Positions 8,635 to 20,829 are shown, counted from the first letter of the stretch. The stretch is 64,000 bases of DNA from Gammaproteobacteria bacterium (GCA_017577365.2 PKRJ02000004.1:9959-73958), one strand, 5' to 3'. A program made the numbers and translations. Notes: generated by a model from the sequence alone, not told the origin.

Positions 8635-10593
8635 TCAGCCCCTCAGCGCGAACCAGCCGATCAACGCGGCCAGCGCAATGACCATCGCGAAAGCGTAGTG
8701 ATAGAGGTATCCCGACTGGACACGGCGTGCGGCGCTCGCGATGGCTCCGACCGCACGGGCGCTCCCGTTCACGATCAAACCGTCGATCAGGAGCTGATCG
8801 CCGACCCGCCAGAGCCCCGTGCCCACCGCACGCGTCGCGCGGGCGATGACGTTCTCGTTGATCCAGTCGAAGTAGTACTTGTTCGCGAGCAGGCGATAGA
8901 GCGCGCCCGCACGCTCGAGCAGCTGCCCCGGAATCTCCGGCCGCTTCAGGTACAGGAACCACGCGACGAGCGCACCCGCCGCCGCGAGATAGACCGTGAC
9001 GGAGTGCGTCAGAGCGTGCGCGACGAACGCGCCGGGGCCGTGGAACTCGGCGCCGACCTCCCCGAGCACGTCGTGCTCGGGCCGCACGAAGATCGCCCCT
9101 TCGAAGAACCCGCCGAAGAGGATCGGCTCGATCGTGAGCCAGCCGACGATCACCGACGGCACCGCGAGCGCGATCAGCGGGCCCGTGACGACGGCCGGCG
9201 TCTCGTGCAGGTGCTCCTTCGTGTGGTGATCCATGCGCTCCTCGCCGTGGAACACGACGAAGAGCAAGCGGAAGCTGTAGAGCGCCGTCACGAAGACGCC
9301 GAGCAGCACGCACCAGTACGCGTAGCCCGAGCCCGGCAGCGACGACGCGTGCACCGCCTCGATCAGCGCGTCCTTCGAGAAGAAGCCCGAGAAGCCCGGG
9401 AAGCCGATCAGCGCGAGCGTGCCGATGACGAAGGTCCAGTACGTGATCGGCAGGTACTTGCGCAGCCCCCCCATCTTGCGGATGTCCTGCTCGTGGTGCA
9501 TCGCGATGATCACCGAGCCCGCGGCGAGGAAGAGCAACGCCTTGAAGAACGCGTGCGTCATCAGATGGAAGATGCTCGCCGCATAGGCCGACGCGCCGAG
9601 CGCGACGGTCATGTAGCCGAGCTGCGATAACGTCGAGTAAGCGACCACCCGCTTGATGTCCTGCTGCACGAGCCCGAGCAGCCCCATGAAGAAGGCCGTC
9701 GTCGCGCCGATCACGATCACGAACGCGAGCGCGGCCTCCGAGAGCTCGAACAGCGGCGACATCCGGGCGACCATGAAGATGCCCGCCGTCACCATCGTGG
9801 CCGCGTGGATCAGCGCCGAGATCGGCGTCGGGCCTTCCATCGAGTCCGGCAGCCAGACGTGCAGCGGCACCTGCGCCGACTTACCCATCGCGCCGACGAA
9901 GAGGCAGATGCACGCGACCGTGAGCGCGCTGACCGCCGTCGCGCCCCACAGATTGATCGTCTCGCCCTGGATGCGCTCGGCCTGCGCGAAGATCTCGGCG
10001 TAATCGAGCGAGCCGGCGAAGTAGAGCAGCGTCGCGATGCCGAGCAGAAAGCCGAAGTCGCCGACGCGGTTCACGAGGAAGGCCTTCAGGTTCGCGAAGA
10101 CCGCCGACGGGCGTTTGAACCAGAAGCCAATCAGGAGATACGAGACGAGACCGACCGCTTCCCAGCCGAAGAAGAGCTGCATCAGGTTGTTCGACATCAC
10201 GAGCATCAGCATCGAGAACGTGAACAACGAGATGTAGCTGAAGAAGCGCTGGTAGCCCGGGTCGTCGTGCATGTAGCCGATCGTGTAGACGTGCACGGCG
10301 AGCGACACGGACGTGACGACGACCATCATCAGCGCCGTCAGGTTGTCGATCAGGAAGCCGACGGCGATCGTCACGTTGCCGATCTTCGCCCACTCGTAGA
10401 CGTTGCCGTTGTAGGGCTCCGCGTCGCCGAACGCGAGACCCCACAGCACGTACAGCGACAGCGCGAACGAGATCGCGACGCCCAGGATCGTCACCGAATG
10501 CGCGCCGGCGCGGCCGATCTTGGAGCCCAGCAGGCCCGCAATCGCGGCCGCCGCGAGCGGCGCCAGAACGATGGTGAGATAGATCGACTCCAC
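8635..10593 (-). CDS. nuoL: NADH-quinone oxidoreductase subunit L
   Basis: 652-aa antiporter-like subunit (WEAVGLVSYLLIGFWF motif) with a C-terminal extension. Confidence 0.95.
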   Translation of the reverse strand: MESIYLTIVLAPLAAAAIAGLLGSKIGRAGAHSVTILGVAISFALSLYVLWGLAFGDAEPYNGNVYEWAKIGNVTIAVGFLIDNLTALMMVVVTSVSLAVHVYTIGYMHDDPGYQRFFSYISLFTFSMLMLVMSNNLMQLFFGWEAVGLVSYLLIGFWFKRPSAVFANLKAFLVNRVGDFGFLLGIATLLYFAGSLDYAEIFAQAERIQGETINLWGATAVSALTVACICLFVGAMGKSAQVPLHVWLPDSMEGPTPISALIHAATMVTAGIFMVARMSPLFELSEAALAFVIVIGATTAFFMGLLGLVQQDIKRVVAYSTLSQLGYMTVALGASAYAASIFHLMTHAFFKALLFLAAGSVIIAMHHEQDIRKMGGLRKYLPITYWTFVIGTLALIGFPGFSGFFSKDALIEAVHASSLPGSGYAYWCVLLGVFVTALYSFRLLFVVFHGEERMDHHTKEHLHETPAVVTGPLIALAVPSVIVGWLTIEPILFGGFFEGAIFVRPEHDVLGEVGAEFHGPGAFVAHALTHSVTVYLAAAGALVAWFLYLKRPEIPGQLLERAGALYRLLANKYYFDWINENVIARATRAVGTGLWRVGDQLLIDGLIVNGSARAVGAIASAARRVQSGYLYHYAFAMVIALAALIGWFALRG

Positions 10594-10596
10594 CGC

Positions 10597-10905
10597 TTAT
10601 CCCTTCAACGAGTCGAGCGCGTCGACGTTGATGCTCCGCCTGTTGCGGAACAGCACGACGAGAATCGCGAGCCCTATCGCCGCTTCCGCCGCGGCGACCG
10701 TGAGGATGAAGAAAACGAAAATCTGCCCGAGCGTGTCGCCGAGCATCCGCGAGAACGCGATGAAGTTGAAGTTCACCGCGAGCAGCATCAGCTCGATGCA
10801 CATCAGGAGCAGGAGCATGTTCTTGCGGTTGATGAAGATGCCGGCGACCGCGATGGAGAACAGGATCGCGGCGAGCACGAGGTAATGGGCGATCGTGACC
10901 GTCAT
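10597..10905 (-). CDS. nuoK: NADH-quinone oxidoreductase subunit K
   Basis: 102-aa, three-TM protein in the expected position. Confidence 0.93.
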   Translation of the reverse strand: MTVTIAHYLVLAAILFSIAVAGIFINRKNMLLLLMCIELMLLAVNFNFIAFSRMLGDTLGQIFVFFILTVAAAEAAIGLAILVVLFRNRRSINVDALDSLKG

Positions 10906-10908
10906 CCG

Positions 10909-11511
10909 TTACTCCTTGACCGGGCCGACCTTCACGACGCGAATGCGATCCTCGGCGCGCACGGCAACCTGCGCCGGCACGTCCTGCACCTTGAGGCCCG
11001 GACGGTGCCGCGTACGCATCGTCAGCGTGATCGCGGCGACGATCGCGAGCAGCAGCAGCATCGCCGCGATCTCTAGCGCGAAGACATGCTCGGTGTAGAG
11101 CACCCCGCCGAGCTCCTTGGTATTGCTGTAGTCCGCCGCATGCGGCGTCGGCGTCACGAACGCCTGGCCCTCGCTCCGGAACCAGATCACGTTCGCGATC
11201 TCGATGACGACGACGAGCGCGACGCCGATCCCGAGCGGCAGGTAGCGCGTGAAGCCGCTGCGCAGCTCCTCGACGTTGATGTTGAGCATCATCACGACGA
11301 AGAGGAACAGCACCATCACCGCGCCGACGTATACGACGACGAGCGTGATCGCGAGGAACTCGGCCTCGAGCAGCAGCCACAGCACCGCGCTCTGCAGGAA
11401 CGCGAATACGAGGAACAGCACCGAATGCACGGGATTGCGCGCGGTGATCACACCAAGCGCCGCGACCAGCAATATCGCGGCAAACGCGTAGAACAGGACC
11501 GTCGTAACCAA
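10909..11511 (-). CDS. nuoJ: NADH-quinone oxidoreductase subunit J
   Basis: 200-aa membrane subunit between nuoI and nuoK. Confidence 0.93.
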   Translation of the reverse strand: MVTTVLFYAFAAILLVAALGVITARNPVHSVLFLVFAFLQSAVLWLLLEAEFLAITLVVVYVGAVMVLFLFVVMMLNINVEELRSGFTRYLPLGIGVALVVVIEIANVIWFRSEGQAFVTPTPHAADYSNTKELGGVLYTEHVFALEIAAMLLLLAIVAAITLTMRTRHRPGLKVQDVPAQVAVRAEDRIRVVKVGPVKE

Positions 11512-11530
11512 GGCTCCGCCCTCGATCGAC

Positions 11531-12007
11531 CTATCGATACGGCGCGTCCGCCGCCTTGTCCGCGGCGATCATCGCTTCGTACTTGTCGCCGACGGCGAGC
11601 AGCTTGTCCTTCGTCATGATGTTCTCGCCGCGCCGCTCCATGTGAAACTCGTGAATCCGCGTCTCCACGATCGCATCGACCGGGCAGGCTTCCTCGCAGA
11701 AGCCGCAATAGATGCACTTGAAGAGATCGATGTCGTAGCGGGTCGTGCGGCGCGTGCCGTCCGGTCCGACGCCCGACTCGATCGTGATCGCCTGCGCCGG
11801 GCACACCGCCTCGCACAGCTTGCACGCGATGCAGCGCTCCTGCCCGTTCGGGTATCGTCGGAGCGCGTGCAGCCCGCGGAAACGGGGCGACTTCGGCGTC
11901 TTCTCCTCCGGATAGAGCACCGTCGCCTTGCGCGTGAAGAAGTGCTTCAGCGTCAGACGAAGCCCGGCGAGGAGCTCCGTCATCAGGAATGTCTTTACCG
12001 GATACAT
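11531..12007 (-). CDS. nuoI: NADH-quinone oxidoreductase subunit I
   Basis: ORF 11531..12115. Start at ATG 12007 ([13 protein letters not shown]...). Two 4Fe-4S ferredoxin motifs: [12 protein letters not shown] and [12 protein letters not shown]. Confidence 0.93.
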   Translation of the reverse strand: MYPVKTFLMTELLAGLRLTLKHFFTRKATVLYPEEKTPKSPRFRGLHALRRYPNGQERCIACKLCEAVCPAQAITIESGVGPDGTRRTTRYDIDLFKCIYCGFCEEACPVDAIVETRIHEFHMERRGENIMTKDKLLAVGDKYEAMIAADKAADAPYR

Positions 12008-12074
12008 TTCGCCTCCTTGGCGCAAGGGAGCCGGTCCCCTTCGCGCGGAGCCATATTCCGTTCTCGAGACGCCA

Positions 12075-13145
12075 TCACGCCGCCCACGGTCCGACCCGCA
12101 GCGCGGCCATCGCACCCTCGACGACGATCCAGACGATCGTCACCGGGATGAACACCTTCCACCCGAGCCGCATGATCTGGTCGTAGCGGTAGCGGGGGAA
12201 GGTCGCGCGGATCCACAGGAACATGAAGCTGACGACCGCCATCTTCAGCCCGAGCCAGAACACGCTCGGCTCCGCGAGGATCGTCCCGTCGAGCCCAGGA
12301 ATCCCCGCGAACGGCGACAGCCACCCGCCGAGGAAGAAAATCGACGTGAGCGCCGCGACGAGAATCATGTTCGCGTACTCGGCGAGGAAGAACAGCGCAA
12401 AACCCATGCCCGAGTACTCGACGTGAAAGCCTGCGACGATCTCCGACTCGCCCTCGGCGACGTCGAACGGATGCCGGTTCGTCTCGGCCACGCCCGCGAT
12501 GAAATAGACGATGAACAGCGGGAACAGCGGCAGCCAGAACCAGCCGAAGATGCTCGTGCCCTGCTGCGACAGCACGATCTCCCCGAGATTCAGGCTCCCC
12601 GCGGCCATCAACACGCCGACGAGCGCGAAGCCCATCGCGATCTCGTACGCGACGATCTGCGCCGCGGAGCGCATCGAGCCGAGGAACGCGTATTTCGAGT
12701 TCGACGACCAGCCCGCGAGGATGATCCCGTAGACGCCGAGCGATGTGAGCGCGAGCACGTAGAGCAGCCCCGCGTCGATGTCGGCGATGACGAACTCGTC
12801 GCTCAAAGGCACGACAGCCCAGACGGCGAATGCCGGAATCAGCGACAGAAGCGGCGCGATGACGAACAGGAAGCGGTTCGCGTTCGACGGGATGACCACT
12901 TCCTTGAACATCAGCTTGAAGAGGTCCGCGAACGGCTGCAGCAGGCCGCGGTAGCCGACCCGGTTCGGACCGAGGCGGTGCTGCATGAAGCCGATGACCT
13001 TGCGCTCGACGTAGACGAAGTACGCGACGCCCAAGATCACCGGCACGAGCACCGCGACGATCTTCAGCAAGATCACGACGACGTCGCGGACGACGTCGGG
13101 CAACATGAGCCAATAAGGCTCGAAGTTCGCGATTAGGCCGCTCAT
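12075..13145 (-). CDS. nuoH: NADH-quinone oxidoreductase subunit H
   Basis: 356-aa polytopic ND1-like protein. Its start overlaps the nuoG stop by 4 nt. Confidence 0.95.
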   Translation of the reverse strand: MSGLIANFEPYWLMLPDVVRDVVVILLKIVAVLVPVILGVAYFVYVERKVIGFMQHRLGPNRVGYRGLLQPFADLFKLMFKEVVIPSNANRFLFVIAPLLSLIPAFAVWAVVPLSDEFVIADIDAGLLYVLALTSLGVYGIILAGWSSNSKYAFLGSMRSAAQIVAYEIAMGFALVGVLMAAGSLNLGEIVLSQQGTSIFGWFWLPLFPLFIVYFIAGVAETNRHPFDVAEGESEIVAGFHVEYSGMGFALFFLAEYANMILVAALTSIFFLGGWLSPFAGIPGLDGTILAEPSVFWLGLKMAVVSFMFLWIRATFPRYRYDQIMRLGWKVFIPVTIVWIVVEGAMAALRVGPWAA

Positions 13146-15358
13146 CCCGCGCTCTGCACTCTGATCTCCGCTCGCGCGTCGTCATCGCCCTTCGCGCCGC
13201 GCGCGAAAACCGTGCGCTGCAGCGGCTCGGAGCGACGGACGACGGCATCGACGGAATAGATCGGCACATCGAGCTCGTCGAGGGAAACCTGCACGGCGTC
13301 GCCCTCGGCCTCGATCTGCCCGGAATAGGAATTGTCGGGACGGGTCTCGCCGACCGCACGGCGCACGCCGTCGAGCACCTCCTCGGCCGAGCGATATTCC
13401 GCGTCCTCGACGCCAAGCAAATTCGCGAGCACGCGCAGCACGCGCCAGCCGGGACGTGCGTCGCCGACCGGGTTCGCGGCCGCGTCGAAGCTCTGCCAGC
13501 GGCCTTCGCCGTTGACGAACGTTCCCGGCGTCTCAGCGAAGGCCGCGATCGGCAACAGCACCGTCGAGCAACCGAGGAGCTCGTCGGTCACGTACGACGA
13601 GAACGTGATCACGGTGTCGGCGGATTTCAGCGCCTGCTCGGCGCGCTCGCCGTTCGCGATGTCCTCCCGCGGCTCGATACCGAAGACGATGTACGCGCGC
13701 CGCGGCGAGTTGATCATGCCCTGGACGTCGAGCCCGGGCTCGCCGCCCGCCGCGCCGCCCGGGCCGCGATGCGGCAGCACGCCCGAGATCGCGGCACCGG
13801 CTCCGTTCGCGCCCTCGGCGATATAGCCGATCTCCGCGCCGGTCAACGCGGCGAGCGCCGCGGCGAGCGCACGAATCTCGGCGAACTGCGGATGCCGCTG
13901 CGCGAGGTGACCGAGCAGGATCAATGCGCGCTCCTTCCCGATCAGTCGCCGCACCGCGCTCGTGTGCGCGTCCGAGGCGGCGATCTCGCTCGCGAGCTTC
14001 GCCGCGACGGCGGGCACCTGCTTCTGGGTCTCCCGAGCCGCGGCGACGACGAGCGCCCCGAGCGCGTGCACCATGCGCTCGACCGGAGCGTCGACGTACT
14101 CGTGCTCGAAGTGATACGTGTAAGCGGCCGGATTCACGAACGTCACGGCCGCGCCATCCAACGCCGCGTTACGCACGCGATGCGCGATCAGCGGCGCTTC
14201 CATGCGCAGATTCGAGCCGACGACGAGGATCGCGTCGCGCCGCTCCAAGCCCTCGATCGAGCAGCCGAGCCACGGGAAGACCGGGTCCGCGTTCTGGTCG
14301 CGGAAATCGCGCCGCCGCAGACGATGGTCGATATTCCTCGAGCCGAGGCGGTCCGCGATGCGGCGCAGCAGGAACATCTCCTCGAGCGTCGCGTTCGGCG
14401 AGACGAGCACGCCGAGCGCCTCGCCTTCTCCGTCGAGCGTCTTCACGAGCTCGCGCGCGGCGAGCTCGAGCGCCTCCTGCCACGTCGCCTCGGTCCACTG
14501 CTGGTCGATCTTGACCATCGGCTTCTCGAGCCGATCGTCCGCGTACAGGCCGTAGCAGCTGAATCGGTCGCGGTCGGAGATCCACGTCTCGTTGATCGAG
14601 TCGTTCCGCTTGGGCACGACGCGCTTCACGCGCCCGCGCAGCACGTGCGCGTAGATGTTCGAGCCGACCGCATCGTGCGCCGCGACGAGCGGCTTCGAGC
14701 TCATCTCCCACGGCCGCGCGCTGTAACGGTACGGCTTGTTGTTCAGCGCGCCGACCGGGCAGAGATCGATGATGTTTCCGGAGAGCTCGTGCTCGACCGC
14801 GCGCTCGACGTACGTGCTGATCACGGTCCGCTCGCCGCGCCCGATCGTGCCGAGCTGCTGGATACCCTGGATCTCGATGCCGAAACGCACGCACCGAGTG
14901 CAATGGATACAGCGCGTCATGTCGGTCGAGATCAACGGACCGATGTTCAGGTCCTTCACGACGCGCTTTCGCTCCGTGTAGCGCGACACGTCCCGGCCGT
15001 ATCCGACGGCGAGATCCTGCAGCTCGCACTCGCCGCCCTGGTCGCAGATCGGGCAGTCGAGCGGGTGATTGATCAGCAGGAACTCCATCGTCGCCTTCTG
15101 CGCGTCGATCGCGCGCCTCGAGCGCGTGTAGACCTTCATCCCGTCCGCGACCGGCGTCGCGCACGCCGGCATCGGCTTCGGCGCCTTCTCGATGTCGACG
15201 AGGCACATCCGGCAGTTCGCCGCGACACTGAGCTTGTGGTGGTAACAGAAGCGCGGGATGTAGATACCCGCCCGATCCGTCACCTCGATCAGCATCTCGC
15301 CCTTGCGCGCCTCGAGCGGCACGCCGTTCACTTCGATCTTGACGATGTCGTCGCTCAT
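13142..15358 (-). CDS. nuoG: NADH-quinone oxidoreductase subunit G
   Basis: ORF 13142..15991. Start at ATG 15358 ([21 protein letters not shown]...). N-terminal 2Fe-2S/4Fe-4S cysteine clusters ([27 protein letters not shown]). 738 aa, the short NuoG form. Confidence 0.94.
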   Translation of the reverse strand: MSDDIVKIEVNGVPLEARKGEMLIEVTDRAGIYIPRFCYHHKLSVAANCRMCLVDIEKAPKPMPACATPVADGMKVYTRSRRAIDAQKATMEFLLINHPLDCPICDQGGECELQDLAVGYGRDVSRYTERKRVVKDLNIGPLISTDMTRCIHCTRCVRFGIEIQGIQQLGTIGRGERTVISTYVERAVEHELSGNIIDLCPVGALNNKPYRYSARPWEMSSKPLVAAHDAVGSNIYAHVLRGRVKRVVPKRNDSINETWISDRDRFSCYGLYADDRLEKPMVKIDQQWTEATWQEALELAARELVKTLDGEGEALGVLVSPNATLEEMFLLRRIADRLGSRNIDHRLRRRDFRDQNADPVFPWLGCSIEGLERRDAILVVGSNLRMEAPLIAHRVRNAALDGAAVTFVNPAAYTYHFEHEYVDAPVERMVHALGALVVAAARETQKQVPAVAAKLASEIAASDAHTSAVRRLIGKERALILLGHLAQRHPQFAEIRALAAALAALTGAEIGYIAEGANGAGAAISGVLPHRGPGGAAGGEPGLDVQGMINSPRRAYIVFGIEPREDIANGERAEQALKSADTVITFSSYVTDELLGCSTVLLPIAAFAETPGTFVNGEGRWQSFDAAANPVGDARPGWRVLRVLANLLGVEDAEYRSAEEVLDGVRRAVGETRPDNSYSGQIEAEGDAVQVSLDELDVPIYSVDAVVRRSEPLQRTVFARGAKGDDDARAEIRVQSAG

Positions 15359-15378
15359 GTTCGTCCACGCGGCGCGCG

Positions 15379-16689
15379 TCAGGCCGCGGCGCTCAACTTC
15401 TCGACGATGCTGCGGCCCCGATGCTCGACCATGTACTCGAACTCGTGCCGGAAATGCTTGAGGAAGCTCTGCACCGGCCACGCCGCGGCGTCGCCGAGCG
15501 CGCAGATCGTGTGCCCCTCGATGTGGTTCGCGACGTCGACGAGCTTGTCGAGGTCGTCGTACGTGCCCTTCCCTTCGATGATTCGCGTCAGCACGCGGTA
15601 GAGCCAGCCCGTGCCCTCGCGGCACGGTGTGCACTGGCCGCAGGATTCCGCGGAATAGAAGCGCGAGATGCGTCTCAGCAGCCGCACCATGCACGTCGTC
15701 TCGTCGATCACGATCGTCGCGCCCGTGCCGAGCCCGCTGCCGGCCGCGCGGATCGTGTCGAAGTCCATCGTGAGCTCCATCATCGTCTCGGCCGGAACGA
15801 CCGGCACGGACGATCCGCCGGGGATCACGGCCTTGAGCTTGCGGCCGCCGCGCACGCCGCCCGCGATCTCGAGCAGGTCGCGGAACGGAATGCCGAGCGG
15901 CAGCTCGTAGTTGCCGGGCCGCTCGACGTGCCCGGAGACCGAGAAGATCGCCGTGCCGCCCGAGCCCTTGACGCCGAGATCCGCGAACCACTGCGCGCCG
16001 TTGCGGATGATCGTCGGGATCGACGCGAGCGTCTGCGCGTTGTTGATCGTCGTCGGTCTTCCGTAGAGACCGTACTGCGCGGGGAACGGCGGCTTGAAGC
16101 GCGGGCGGCCCTGCTTGCCTTCGAGCGATTCAAGGAGCGCTGTCTCCTCGCCGCAGATGTACGCGCCCGCGCCGAGGAACGCGTAACAGTCGAAATCGAT
16201 GCCCGAGCCCTTGATGTTCTTGCCGAGCCAGCCGGCCTCGTACGCCTCCTTGAGCGCCTGCTCGAAGCGCGGGAACGGCTCCGACATGAACTCGCCGCGG
16301 ATGTAGTTGTAGCCGGCCGTCGCACCGATCGCGTAACCCGCGATCGCCATGCCTTCGATGATCGAGTGCGGGTTGTAGCGCAGGATGTCCCGGTCGTGAC
16401 AGGTGCCCGGCTCGCTCTCGTCCGAGTTACAGACAATGTACTTCTGGCCCGGCCCTTCCGCGTTCATGAACGAAAGCTTCAGGCCCGTCGGGAAGCCGGC
16501 GCCGCCGCGCCCGCGAAGCCCGGACGCCTTGATCTCCTCGATGATCGCCTTGCGGTCCAGCTCGCCGTTCAGCACGCGCTGCCACGCCCGATAGCCGCCG
16601 ACCTTGTAATAGTTCTCGAGCGACCACGGCTCGCGGTCGAACTTCAGCGTCGCGAAGCAGACGAGATTCAGTTTGTCCGCGTAGCTCAC
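15379..16689 (-). CDS. nuoF: NADH-quinone oxidoreductase subunit F
   Basis: 436 aa. FMN/NADH-binding motif GRGGAGFPTGLK and 4Fe-4S cysteines (ESCGQCTPCREG). Confidence 0.96.
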   Translation of the reverse strand: MSYADKLNLVCFATLKFDREPWSLENYYKVGGYRAWQRVLNGELDRKAIIEEIKASGLRGRGGAGFPTGLKLSFMNAEGPGQKYIVCNSDESEPGTCHDRDILRYNPHSIIEGMAIAGYAIGATAGYNYIRGEFMSEPFPRFEQALKEAYEAGWLGKNIKGSGIDFDCYAFLGAGAYICGEETALLESLEGKQGRPRFKPPFPAQYGLYGRPTTINNAQTLASIPTIIRNGAQWFADLGVKGSGGTAIFSVSGHVERPGNYELPLGIPFRDLLEIAGGVRGGRKLKAVIPGGSSVPVVPAETMMELTMDFDTIRAAGSGLGTGATIVIDETTCMVRLLRRISRFYSAESCGQCTPCREGTGWLYRVLTRIIEGKGTYDDLDKLVDVANHIEGHTICALGDAAAWPVQSFLKHFRHEFEYMVEHRGRSIVEKLSAAA

Positions 16690-16713
16690 GGTCTACCTCC
16701 CGAGAACGACGCT

Positions 16714-17229
16714 TCAATCCAACGAATCGAGGATCTCATCGACCTTCTCCGGCGTGAGGTTCTCGTAGTAGACGTGATCGACCATCATCATCGGCGCGCC
16801 GACGCACGCTGCCAGGCACTCCTCCTCGCATTTCAGGTAGAAGCGGCCGTCCGGCGTGCTCTCGCCCGTCTTGATGCCGAGCTTGCGCTCGACGTGCTCG
16901 ACGATCTCGTCCGCGCCGCGCAGCATGCACGAGATATTCGTGCACACCGAGATCTTGTGCCGCCCGACCGGCTTGGTCTCGAACATCGAGTAGAACGACG
17001 CGACCTCGTACACCTGCACGGGCGGAAGATTCAGATACTCCGCGACCGCGTCCATCAGCGGCTGCGTCAGATACCCGTGCTCGTGCTGCACCGCGTGCAG
17101 CGCCGCGATCACGGCCGACCGCTGACGCCCCTCGGGAAACTTCGCGACCCAACGGTCGATCTCTTCGCGCACGTGCTCGGAGAGCACGGCCTTGCCCGCT
17201 TCCATACGTGCCGAGTTTCCGTCGCTCAT
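16714..17229 (-). CDS. nuoE: NADH-quinone oxidoreductase subunit E
   Basis: ORF 16714..17727. Start at ATG 17229 ([13 protein letters not shown]...) overlaps the nuoD stop by 4 nt. 2Fe-2S cysteines present (CTNISC...CEEECLAAC). Confidence 0.93.
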   Translation of the reverse strand: MSDGNSARMEAGKAVLSEHVREEIDRWVAKFPEGRQRSAVIAALHAVQHEHGYLTQPLMDAVAEYLNLPPVQVYEVASFYSMFETKPVGRHKISVCTNISCMLRGADEIVEHVERKLGIKTGESTPDGRFYLKCEEECLAACVGAPMMMVDHVYYENLTPEKVDEILDSLD

Positions 17230-18479
17230 CGGTCGATCTCTCCGAACACGATGTCCTGCGTGCCGATCACGGCCACGACGTCCGCGAGCATGTGCCCCTT
17301 CACCATCTCGTTCATCGCGGCGAGATGAGGAAACCCGGGCGCCCGCACCTTGACCCGATACGGCTTGTTCGCGCCGTCCGAGATCAAGTACACGCCGAAC
17401 TCGCCCTTCGGCGCCTCGACGGCCGCGTACACCTCGCCCTCGGGCACGCTGTAGCCTTCCGTGAACAGCTTGAAGTGATGAATCAACGACTCCATGTCGT
17501 CCTTCATCTCGATGCGCCGCGGCGGAGCGATCTTCCGGTCGTCGATCATCACCGGGCCCGGATTCTTCTTGAGCCACTCGACGCACTGCTTGATGATCCT
17601 CGTCGACTGGCGCAATTCCTCGACGCGCACGAGGTAGCGGTCGTAGCAGTCGCCGTTCTTGCCGACCGGGATGTCGAAGTCGAGCTGGTCGTAGACCTCG
17701 TACGGCTGGTGCTTGCGCAGATCCCACACGACGCCGGAGCCGCGCAGCATCGGCCCCGAGAACCCGAGCTGCATCGCACGCTCGGGCGAGACGACGCCGA
17801 TATTGACCGTGCGCTGCTTCCAGATTCGGTTGTCGGTCAGGAGCGTCTCGTACTCGTCGATCCGCGCCGGGAAGCGGTCGGCGAAGTGCTCGATGAAGTC
17901 GAGCACCGAGCCGCTACGCGCCTCGTTCAGCTCCTCGAGCTCCTTCGCCGAGCGATACGGCGACGGCTCGTATTGCGGCATCTTGTCCGGCAGATCGCGA
18001 TAGACGCCGCCGGGACGATAGTACGTCGCGTGCATCCGGGTGCCCGAGACCGCCTCGTAGACGTCCATGAGGTCCTCGCGCTCCCGGAAGCAGTACAGGA
18101 AGACCGTCATCGCGCCGATGTCCATGGCGTGCGCGCCGAGCCACATCAGGTGGTTCAGGATCCGCGTGATCTCGTCGAACATCACGCGGATGTACTGCGC
18201 GCGGATCGGCGGCTTGATGCCGAGCAGCTTCTCGATCGCGAGCACGTAGCCGTGCTCGTTGCACATCATCGAGACGTAATCGAGCCGATCCATGTAGCCG
18301 ATCGACTGGTTGTACGGCTTCGTCTCGGCGAGCTTCTCGGTGGCGCGGTGCAGCAGCCCGACGTGAGGGTCGGCCTTGTGAATGACCTCGCCCTCCATTT
18401 CGAGCACCAAGCGCAGCACGCCGTGCGCGGCGGGATGCTGCGGCCCGAAATTGACTGTAAAGCTTTCGATCTCAGGCAT
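17226..18479 (-). CDS. nuoD: NADH-quinone oxidoreductase subunit D
   Basis: 417-aa 49-kDa-like subunit, separate from nuoC. Confidence 0.96.
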   Translation of the reverse strand: MPEIESFTVNFGPQHPAAHGVLRLVLEMEGEVIHKADPHVGLLHRATEKLAETKPYNQSIGYMDRLDYVSMMCNEHGYVLAIEKLLGIKPPIRAQYIRVMFDEITRILNHLMWLGAHAMDIGAMTVFLYCFREREDLMDVYEAVSGTRMHATYYRPGGVYRDLPDKMPQYEPSPYRSAKELEELNEARSGSVLDFIEHFADRFPARIDEYETLLTDNRIWKQRTVNIGVVSPERAMQLGFSGPMLRGSGVVWDLRKHQPYEVYDQLDFDIPVGKNGDCYDRYLVRVEELRQSTRIIKQCVEWLKKNPGPVMIDDRKIAPPRRIEMKDDMESLIHHFKLFTEGYSVPEGEVYAAVEAPKGEFGVYLISDGANKPYRVKVRAPGFPHLAAMNEMVKGHMLADVVAVIGTQDIVFGEIDR

Positions 18480-19215
18480 CGCTCGAATCCTTGAGCTCGG
18501 GCTCGTAGCGGTGGTCGTCGCGAATCACCTTCGGCACGACGGTGCGAGGCTCGATGCTCACCGGCTCGTACACGACGCGCCCCTTCTCCGGGTCGTAGCG
18601 CATCTCGACGTGGCCGCTCACTGGGAAATCCTTACGGAACGGATGTCCGATGAAACCGTAATCGGTCAGGATGCGGCGAAGATCGGGATGACCGCGGAAC
18701 AGGATCCCGAACAGGTCGAACGCCTCCCGTTCGTACCAATCCGCCGAGCTCCAGATGCCGGTGACCGAGTCGAGGATCGGATGCGCATCGTCCTTGCAGA
18801 ACGTGCGAAGGCGCACACGCCAGTTGTGCGTGATCGACAGAAGCTGATAGACGACCGCGAAGCGGTGCTTCGGACGGTAACGCGTCGTGTCGTGGTCGTC
18901 CTGCTCGGCCGGGAAGACATAGCGGTCGCGGAACACGCCGCGGCTGAAGCCCGTGCCGGTCGCGCTTTCCGTCTGCCACTCGTCGCGGCCGTAGACGAGA
19001 TAATCGACGCCGGCGAGATCGATCAGCATCTCGAACCGGAGCGCCTCGTCGTCGCGCAGCGTCCGGCAAACGTCGAGCAAATGCTCGGCCTCGACCTCGT
19101 ACGCCAGCTGCCCCGCGTTCAGCCACGGCGACAACCGCTCGACGCGGCCGGCGAGCGTCCGTTCTACCGCTTCGGCAAGCGCGGCGAGCCTCGGCGAAAG
19201 CTGTTCAGTTCGCAT
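18472..19215 (-). CDS. nuoC: NADH-quinone oxidoreductase subunit C
   Basis: 247-aa 30-kDa-like subunit. Overlaps the nuoD start by 8 nt. Confidence 0.94.
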   Translation of the reverse strand: MRTEQLSPRLAALAEAVERTLAGRVERLSPWLNAGQLAYEVEAEHLLDVCRTLRDDEALRFEMLIDLAGVDYLVYGRDEWQTESATGTGFSRGVFRDRYVFPAEQDDHDTTRYRPKHRFAVVYQLLSITHNWRVRLRTFCKDDAHPILDSVTGIWSSADWYEREAFDLFGILFRGHPDLRRILTDYGFIGHPFRKDFPVSGHVEMRYDPEKGRVVYEPVSIEPRTVVPKVIRDDHRYEPELKDSSDA

Positions 19216-19290
19216 GTCGTCCCGTCACAACCTTGGTCCGCGTGAGCCGACGATCGGGCGGCGCCTCGACCGATCGATCGCCGTCGGCCT

Positions 19291-19818
19291 TCAGCGGGCG
19301 ATCGAATGAGTACGCCAGATCTTCTTCTGCAGCTGGATGATGCCGAACAGAAGCGCTTCGGCGGTCGGCGGGCAGCCCGGCACGTAGACGTCGACCGGAA
19401 CGATGCGATCGCATCCGCGCACGACCGAGTACGAGTAGTGGTAATAGCCGCCGCCGTTCGCGCACGAGCCCATCGAGATGACCCAGCGCGGCTCCGGCAT
19501 CTGGTCGTAGACCTTGCGAAGCGCCGGCGCCATCTTGTTGCACAGCGTTCCGGCGACGATCATCACGTCCGACTGTCGGGGGCTCGGCCTGAAGATCACG
19601 CCGAAGCGGTCGAGATCGTATCGAGCGGCACCGGCGTGCATCATCTCGACGGCGCAGCAGGCGAGGCCGAAAGTCATCGGCCACAGCGACCCCGTCCTCG
19701 CCCAGTTCACGAGCTTGTCGACTTGCGTGACGACGAAGCCCCGCTGCATCACCTCGGGGACGTCGAACGGCAATTCCTTGTCGAGGGCCGTGCGGGCCGC
19801 TTCTCCGCTCAATCCCAT
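19291..19818 (-). CDS. nuoB: NADH-quinone oxidoreductase subunit B
   Basis: ORF 19291..19839. ATG at 19818 preferred (AAGGGG about 9 nt upstream); ATG at 19839 is possible. N2-cluster motifs [11 protein letters not shown] and GCPP. Confidence 0.9.
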   Translation of the reverse strand: MGLSGEAARTALDKELPFDVPEVMQRGFVVTQVDKLVNWARTGSLWPMTFGLACCAVEMMHAGAARYDLDRFGVIFRPSPRQSDVMIVAGTLCNKMAPALRKVYDQMPEPRWVISMGSCANGGGYYHYSYSVVRGCDRIVPVDVYVPGCPPTAEALLFGIIQLQKKIWRTHSIAR

Positions 19819-20165
19819 TCCAGCGCCCCTTTCTTCCATTCGTAGATGAAACCGACGACGAGTAGCGCGAGGAACACGCCCATTGCGCCGATTCCGAACA
19901 GGCCGACCGCGTCCAGCGAAACGGCCCAGGGCACGAAGAAGGCGAGCTCGAGGTCGAAGAGGATGAAGAGGATCGCGACGAGGTAGTAGCGCACGTCGAA
20001 GCGATTACGCGTGTCCTCGAACGCCTCGAAGCCGCACTCGTAAGCGGAAAGCTTTTCCTGGTCTTTCTGCCCGCGCCCGAGTACGAAACCGATACCGAGA
20101 AGGACGACGCCCAATCCGGCGGCCACGATCACGAAGATCAGGATCGGCAGGTAGTTTGCAAGCAT
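19809..20165 (-). CDS. nuoA: NADH-quinone oxidoreductase subunit A
   Basis: 118-aa, three-TM ND3-like protein. First gene of the operon. Confidence 0.94.
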   Translation of the reverse strand: MLANYLPILIFVIVAAGLGVVLLGIGFVLGRGQKDQEKLSAYECGFEAFEDTRNRFDVRYYLVAILFILFDLELAFFVPWAVSLDAVGLFGIGAMGVFLALLVVGFIYEWKKGALEWD

Positions 20166-20207
20166 AATTCGCTACGCGCGCCCGGCCGCTTGCGCGGTGG
20201 GACCCTA

Positions 20208-20236
20208 TAAAAAAACCGGCCGCTCGGACCGGCCGT
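20208..20236 (-). terminator. intrinsic terminator after secG-tRNA-Leu
   Basis: Minus strand reads CGGCCG-GTCCGAG-CGGCCG-G-TTTTTTT (6-bp all-GC stem at 20217-20222/20230-20235; seven-T run = A run at 20209-20215). A second 9-bp hairpin, TCGATCGGC/GCCGATCGA, lies at 20244-20265. Confidence 0.55.
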
Positions 20237-20315
20237 GTTGGATTCGATCGGCTGGCGCCGATCGAGCCGGCGCGAATTGTAGCAACTCAGCCGGAGCGCG
20301 TCTCGCTGTAATTAG

Positions 20316-20400
20316 TGGTGCGGATGGTCGGACTCGAACCGACACGGCTTGCGCCACTGCCCCCTCAAGACAGCGTGTCTACCAATTCCACCACATCCGC
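20316..20400 (-). tRNA. tRNA-Leu (GAG)
   Basis: 85-nt reverse complement GCGGATGTGGTGGAATTGGTAGACACGCTGTCTTGAGGGGGCAGTGGCGCAAGCCGTGTCGGTTCGAGTCCGACCATCCGCACCA. Anticodon loop TTGAGGG, long variable arm, encoded CCA. Same position after secG as E. coli leuU. Confidence 0.93.
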
Positions 20401-20406
20401 AACGAA

Positions 20407-20829
20407 TCAATTGCCTTCCGCTTCGGTCGATGGCGCGGCGGGCTCATCGGCCGGCGAAGGTCGCTCCGAGGCCGGAGCATCGTCCGCCGGGAGCTCCGAT
20501 GGCAGCGCCGGCGGCAAATCGAGGTCCTGCGGCTCGCTGGGCACCGCGCGCGACCCGCCGGCAGGCATTCTGTCGAGAATACTCTCGGGCTGCTGCTGCT
20601 CGGTCGAGAAGTACGCGAGCGCGAGGCTCGTGACGAAAAACGTCGTCGCGAGCAGCGCCGTTGTCCTCGACAGGAAGTTCGCCGAGCCGCGTGCCCCGAA
20701 AACCGTACCCGACGCCCCGGCCCCGAAGCCCGTTCCGGCCTCGGCGCCCTTGCCCCGCTGCAGGAGCACGAGCCCGACGATCATCAGGCACACGAGTATA
20801 TGCAATATCAAGACGATCGTCTGAAGCAT
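20407..20829 (-). CDS. secG: preprotein translocase subunit SecG
   Basis: MLQTIVLILHILVCLMIVGLVLLQRGKGAEAG... is a typical SecG N-terminus with a glycine-rich loop. Carries a P/A/E-rich C-terminal tail. Confidence 0.92.
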   Translation of the reverse strand: MLQTIVLILHILVCLMIVGLVLLQRGKGAEAGTGFGAGASGTVFGARGSANFLSRTTALLATTFFVTSLALAYFSTEQQQPESILDRMPAGGSRAVPSEPQDLDLPPALPSELPADDAPASERPSPADEPAAPSTEAEGN